IMG/VR virus record: IMGVR_UViG_3300044681_000017
Coordinates: 1-56,409 of that record
Reading direction: 5' to 3' (one strand)
Length of the DNA: 56,409 nt
From: a virus
Taxonomy: Duplodnaviria > Caudoviricetes
Shown here: in pieces, positions 52,506 through 56,409 of the stretch
Layout: the number at the start of each line of letters is the position of its first letter
How positions within the stretch are numbered: the stretch's first letter is position 1
The notes under the pieces: model-generated
Seen by the model: only the letters and a program-made list of their open reading frames with translations
Told to the model about the DNA's origin: nothing
Database searches by the model: none
Made by a program: the position numbers and the translations under genes

Positions 52506-52877
52506 CTAGTGATGGGTAGGTTTAAACGGAACCACGTTGGAGGTATCCGAATCCCCTTTGAATGTATGCTCGGTTTCATTATAAGAATTCTCTTCTTTCA
52601 ACTCATACATTTCTTTAAGAGCCTTCTTATATTCAATAATCAAATCACTAGGCGGTTCCGCATACCCAATAATAGCACCATCTCTAATGATGGTGAACGC
52701 ATTCGGATTGTCCTGAAAAACCATAAAGGATTTAAAGGTATAGTACTTATATCCATTTTGAATTTTTGAAACAATTTTTAATGCATGACGAATAGCAATC
52801 TCGTCTGATTCGCCATCATCATCAACTACGTCACACAACAGTTCTTCACCAGAAACTAATTTTAGATGTCTTATCAT
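52506..52877 (-). CDS. Hypothetical Sm-like fold protein downstream of uvsW
   Basis: LKLVSGEELLCDV; C-terminal NVVPF. Confidence 0.7.
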   Translation of the reverse strand: MIRHLKLVSGEELLCDVVDDDGESDEIAIRHALKIVSKIQNGYKYYTFKSFMVFQDNPNAFTIIRDGAIIGYAEPPSDLIIEYKKALKEMYELKEENSYNETEHTFKGDSDTSNVVPFKPTHH

Positions 52878-52883
52878 TATATC

Positions 52884-54362
52884 CTATACCATTTTAACGG
52901 GGTAGACCTTGTATCTAAACCCTTCTTTAGTATATATCTTAATTCTTTCTCCGCTATGATTGAGTGTGAAGTTACGATGACCCTTCATGCTTAAATCATC
53001 AGCGATGTCAAATAGATTTGTTGTAGAGCCATCGTCCGATAATCGTAAACCTCGGCCAATAGATTGTAAAACCTTAACCTGAGACTTGCTGGGTGTTGCA
53101 AAGATTATGTTGTGTAGGTTTTTGATATTAATTCCAGTGCTAAAAGTACCAAGAGAAGCAACAATGATAGCGTTGTGTTGTTTCTCAACAATCCCACGAA
53201 TTTGTTCACGATCACTCGCATCCACTTCTCCAGACACATAGAAGACTTTCCTACCTTCTTCTACTGCATCATTAATTAAGTCGAATAAAACCTTACCATG
53301 TTTCTCCACGAACTGAAACAGTACTAGTGTATTACCTTTCTGATCAACTGTCAAATTAGTAATGAACTTATTTCTACGTTCATTCTTAACAATATAGTCA
53401 ATTTCTTCCTGATATGTTTTACCTTTCATTGAGTAACACACATCATTATGATACTTCAAAAGAAGAATCTTAATATCTAGGTCTGCAAGTTGTTTATCTT
53501 TTTGCAGTTTCACGGTGCTGGTCACCGTAAACACAGGCCCGAATAAACCTTCCAATACCAGTTTGTTTGTCTCCGTACCGTCAAGAGTACCCGTAGTACC
53601 AAACCGATATTCTGCATTGCGACATTTGTCCATCAGTGTGGACAGAGACTTTGCCTTGAATAGATGGACTTCATCTCCGAATATGCAAGGGAACTGTTCG
53701 AACCACTCAGAACCTAACTTGTAGATTGACTGCCACGTTGAGATAATGACACGTTTGTCTGTGTTCTTATCCTTACCTGAGTAAACCTTGTGACACAGAT
53801 CATAGTCATAACCATAATCAGCAAAGTCCTTGTGCATCTGTTCCACCAGTGATGTTGTTGGTACAACAATAAGAACCTTGCCTTCATGATTGTCAAGGAA
53901 CCACCGCATGATATTATAGATGATAAATGACTTACCCGAACCCGTAGGTGACAGGAGGATTGCCCTCTTGTTTTCGATACCGTGTGTGATGGCATCGTAC
54001 TGATAATCACGGGGTTGAAAGGGGGTGTTGAGAGAACCTAGAAATTTAACCAACCCTTGATGGTCAATCTTATTCTTGGCGTTAGGAACGCCGTACTTCT
54101 TACTCTCTACGATTTGAAGAGGGTACATGCGGTCTGCACAGAATTTGCGGAGTTGGCTGTACAGACCGACATGTATCTCTCGTTTTACTTGATTGTATAG
54201 ACGCACCTTGCCGTCCCAAACCTTCCGTTTGAAGGCGGGCATGAAACGGTAGCCAGGGACAAAGAAAGAGAAATAGTCTCGTAGTTCCTGTTGTTGTGCG
54301 GGGTTAGATTCAACCGCCATTCTCGAATGATCTAACATTCGAATACGAATGGTATTCTCCAT
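52884..54362 (-). CDS. uvsW: SF2 RNA-DNA/DNA helicase
   Basis: PRDYQ, SPTGSGKS, DEVH, TGT, QSIGRGLR. Confidence 0.96.
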   Translation of the reverse strand: MENTIRIRMLDHSRMAVESNPAQQQELRDYFSFFVPGYRFMPAFKRKVWDGKVRLYNQVKREIHVGLYSQLRKFCADRMYPLQIVESKKYGVPNAKNKIDHQGLVKFLGSLNTPFQPRDYQYDAITHGIENKRAILLSPTGSGKSFIIYNIMRWFLDNHEGKVLIVVPTTSLVEQMHKDFADYGYDYDLCHKVYSGKDKNTDKRVIISTWQSIYKLGSEWFEQFPCIFGDEVHLFKAKSLSTLMDKCRNAEYRFGTTGTLDGTETNKLVLEGLFGPVFTVTSTVKLQKDKQLADLDIKILLLKYHNDVCYSMKGKTYQEEIDYIVKNERRNKFITNLTVDQKGNTLVLFQFVEKHGKVLFDLINDAVEEGRKVFYVSGEVDASDREQIRGIVEKQHNAIIVASLGTFSTGINIKNLHNIIFATPSKSQVKVLQSIGRGLRLSDDGSTTNLFDIADDLSMKGHRNFTLNHSGERIKIYTKEGFRYKVYPVKMV

Positions 54363-54365
54363 GAC

Positions 54366-54521
54366 TTATCGGCCTTGACCCCTATACTTCTTATAACCGG
54401 CCTTCTTGGACTTATTCATAGAACTAGTTTTAATCTTACCATTGCCAATAGACGTACCCTTACAATGCACGTCATTAATAACTTTCTTAGTAATACCACT
54501 GCCGGTTTTTTTAGCCACCAT
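54366..54521 (-). CDS. Small basic protein
   Basis: MVAKK...KKYRGQGR. Confidence 0.65.
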   Translation of the reverse strand: MVAKKTGSGITKKVINDVHCKGTSIGNGKIKTSSMNKSKKAGYKKYRGQGR

Positions 54522-54970
54522 TAACCTCCTGCATCGAATTTTCTCCACTCAATAATATTCTTGATAGTTTGGTGTCTCCACTTGAGACTATCCACTATCT
54601 CGACAAGAGTATCTATAACGGTCTTAAGGTATGCGATTTTTTCTTCGGAACGTTGAATTTCCGGATCGGACTCGTAATAATAATCCATCTCACCTTTGAG
54701 AACCTTAAGTCCATCAAAGGGATCGGGATTCCAGTTCTTTGACTTGATGTTCTCTTCGTCCATCTTGCCATTATAATAAAGCCACTTGTCCTTCAACAGA
54801 GTCTTCTGTGAGTTCTCTGCCCGCTTTAGATTGAGTTTGGTGAGGGACAAGTACTGAAGGTACTTGGCATGTAAACTAGGTGTGTTACGAGAAGTCTCAT
54901 CTAGTTGGTGTTGGGGAATTCTACAATCATCTTCCCACTCTTTCAAAATACTCTCAAGGTCTAACATCAT
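54521..54970 (-). CDS. uvsY: Recombination mediator
   Basis: LHAKYL...IKNIIEWRKF; adjacent to uvsW. Confidence 0.9.
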   Translation of the reverse strand: MMLDLESILKEWEDDCRIPQHQLDETSRNTPSLHAKYLQYLSLTKLNLKRAENSQKTLLKDKWLYYNGKMDEENIKSKNWNPDPFDGLKVLKGEMDYYYESDPEIQRSEEKIAYLKTVIDTLVEIVDSLKWRHQTIKNIIEWRKFDAGG

Positions 54971-54981
54971 ATCTCCATAAT

Positions 54982-55629
54982 CTATTCAGTTTGTATATAG
55001 TCTAATACTTCTTCCCAATATTCGGTGTCTATTCCAGCTAACTCTCTTTCGGACATAACATAAGAGATTGTTATTCTAGGACAGTTGGTCTTAGCACAAT
55101 GAAAGAATTCATCTTCACCTTGTTCCCCAAAATATCCAGCCTTCAAAGACCATCCAATCTTATCAGGCATAACAACAATTTCTTTTGTCTTTGGGTCTAC
55201 GTATTTAAAATACCCATCCCCAGTTTCAGACCACGTAAAGATTAAGTTGTGTCCTGCTGCATTCCAATTACTATGCCAATCGATGTAACCACCGGCCGGA
55301 TAATATTGTGCCAGTGCATTTATCTTTACACCAAGTTCCTGCATGAGTCTAGTGTTGAGATCATACCAAACATCACTATACTCTTGCCATTCGTCTGGAG
55401 GCCCTTTATACTTAGATGGTTTGATAGGATATGATTTTGCATAACTGGCTCCGCCTTCATGACCAACACTCATAATCTCTTTTAAATACTCATCAGAGAT
55501 ATAGTATTCCGTTGTGTTCTCACATATTAACCGTGTTAACTCTGGTATTCTATATCTCTCTGTGTAAGTATAACGAATTTCTTCAAGAATGTCAAGTACA
55601 TTCTTATTCATAATATTGTAGTTTTTCAT
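54982..55629 (-). CDS. DSBH/2OG-Fe(II) oxygenase-like protein (paralog of 25989-26660)
   Basis: YYPAGGYIDWHSN...FHCA...RIT. Confidence 0.7.
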   Translation of the reverse strand: MKNYNIMNKNVLDILEEIRYTYTERYRIPELTRLICENTTEYYISDEYLKEIMSVGHEGGASYAKSYPIKPSKYKGPPDEWQEYSDVWYDLNTRLMQELGVKINALAQYYPAGGYIDWHSNWNAAGHNLIFTWSETGDGYFKYVDPKTKEIVVMPDKIGWSLKAGYFGEQGEDEFFHCAKTNCPRITISYVMSERELAGIDTEYWEEVLDYIQTE

Positions 55630-56144
55630 ACTCTAATGATTTCAAAGTCCCTGAACTTAAAGTTGGCTGCAAAGGTGATGAAGGTTACGTCTTGTTGGTT
55701 TGCAGTCATTTCAACCTGTCCAAGATTGGTAATGATGCAGTCATTGTATTTAATGCGTAGATTTGCATTGTTGTGACTAGTCAGAATAGTGACTGTGATG
55801 TCCGCATAACTCTCTTGCAGAGAAGGCGACTGTACACGTTGGCGAGGCCTAACTTCCGGTTCGTTTACCAAAGACTCCATCCAGTCCTGCAATTCAGTGT
55901 ACGATTGCATGTCTTCGTCTAGGATGATCATGACAGTAAGATCAGAGTAGGTGATCTTTGAGGGGGAGAACGGGATACTAGACACACGAGGTGCAGCAAT
56001 CTCCACCGCATTGGCACTAGCGCCAGGGTGTGAGATAGACTGTGCAAAGAACTGCACGTTACCAAACCTAGTATGATCGATAGAAATTCTAAACCCTGTG
56101 GGTTGTAGAAAGTTCTTGTTTTGAGTCAAAGTTGTTCTTGCCAT
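55626..56144 (-). CDS. 3: Tail tube terminator/completion protein (T4 gp3-like)
   Basis: NFLQPTGF...QSISHPG...LDEDM..Y.E...W; late promoter upstream; syntenic with uvsY. Confidence 0.8.
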   Translation of the reverse strand: MARTTLTQNKNFLQPTGFRISIDHTRFGNVQFFAQSISHPGASANAVEIAAPRVSSIPFSPSKITYSDLTVMIILDEDMQSYTELQDWMESLVNEPEVRPRQRVQSPSLQESYADITVTILTSHNNANLRIKYNDCIITNLGQVEMTANQQDVTFITFAANFKFRDFEIIRV

Positions 56145-56167
56145 TAGGTTACTCCTGTGTACCTTTC

Positions 56168-56175
56168 TATTTATA
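56168..56175 (-). promoter_or_regulatory. T4-type late promoter
   Basis: Exact TATAAATA upstream of gene 3. Confidence 0.8.
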
Positions 56176-56178
56176 CGC

Positions 56179-56208
56179 TTGACAACTCCTGTTTCAATGC
56201 TATATAAT
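56179..56208 (+). promoter_or_regulatory. Sigma70-type promoter, divergent from the late promoter
   Basis: TTGACA-18-TATAAT upstream of ATG 56236. Confidence 0.7.
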
Positions 56209-56235
56209 AGGTGTTATTGAGTGAGGATATTATTA

Positions 56236-56409
56236 ATGCAACTTTCTTATAAAGACGCCATGTATGCGGCAGATGTGTTTACAGAGTTCTTTGCGAACTT
56301 TGAACGCATCGATGACTACATGCGTAAAATCAAACTAGAACGTATGGAGACATTTCCATACTCTCTGCCCGGCATGGGGCCTGAGACTGATCTATTCGAC
56401 AAGTTCGAC
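56236..56409 (+). CDS. 5' part of a hypothetical protein (runs off the window edge)
   Basis: MQLSYKDAMYAADVFTEFFANFERIDDYMRK...; GAGG RBS and promoter. Confidence 0.7.
   Translation, partial: MQLSYKDAMYAADVFTEFFANFERIDDYMRKIKLERMETFPYSLPGMGPETDLFDKFD

Noticed and set aside
52509-52769. 86-aa plus-strand ORF downstream of the antisense promoter as a real gene
   Set aside because: It overlaps a credible minus-strand gene entirely and has shadow-like composition. It is kept only as a caveat in the antisense-promoter finding.
5799-55434. Long plus-strand ORFs such as 5799-6383, 10050-10559, 18108-18704, 35620-36240 and 41879-42547
   Set aside because: They lie antisense to well-supported genes, lack RBSs and motifs, and are expected from the codon bias of the coding strand.

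Overview
A 56 kb segment of a T4-like (myovirus-type) phage genome, probably infecting a Gram-negative proteobacterium (inferred from the Kdo genes, sigma70 promoters and a ROSE-type thermometer). Almost all genes are on the minus strand. It holds the T4 replication/recombination core (uvsY, uvsW, gp55, gp47, gp46, gp45, gp44, gp62, regA, gp43, uvsX, gp41), gp3, nucleotide metabolism (nrdA with a fused glutaredoxin domain, thyX, dCMP deaminase), 7 canonical tRNAs and many glycan, sulfation and oxygenase genes. The most unusual elements are: (1) an apparently late-gated 9-gene cluster of mostly secreted or membrane proteins containing a pilin-like and PapD-chaperone-like pair but no usher (19.1-23.2 kb); (2) a 68-nt non-canonical tRNA-Gly(UCC)-like RNA resembling non-proteinogenic tRNAs, just upstream of kdsB/kdsA; (3) a late region of about 9 proteins with T4 capsid-targeting-like N-termini, including a ligase-fold protein, a nucleotidyltransferase fused to an RNase-like domain and a nuclease-like protein; (4) a ROSE RNA thermometer on hsp20, a candidate -1 frameshift joining an APS kinase to a nucleotidyltransferase, a perfect antisense sigma70 promoter near uvsW, and 21-bp repeats over the gp44 promoter. 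All family assignments come from reading motifs by eye, and no database searches were run. Several start codons were moved downstream relative to the ORF track.
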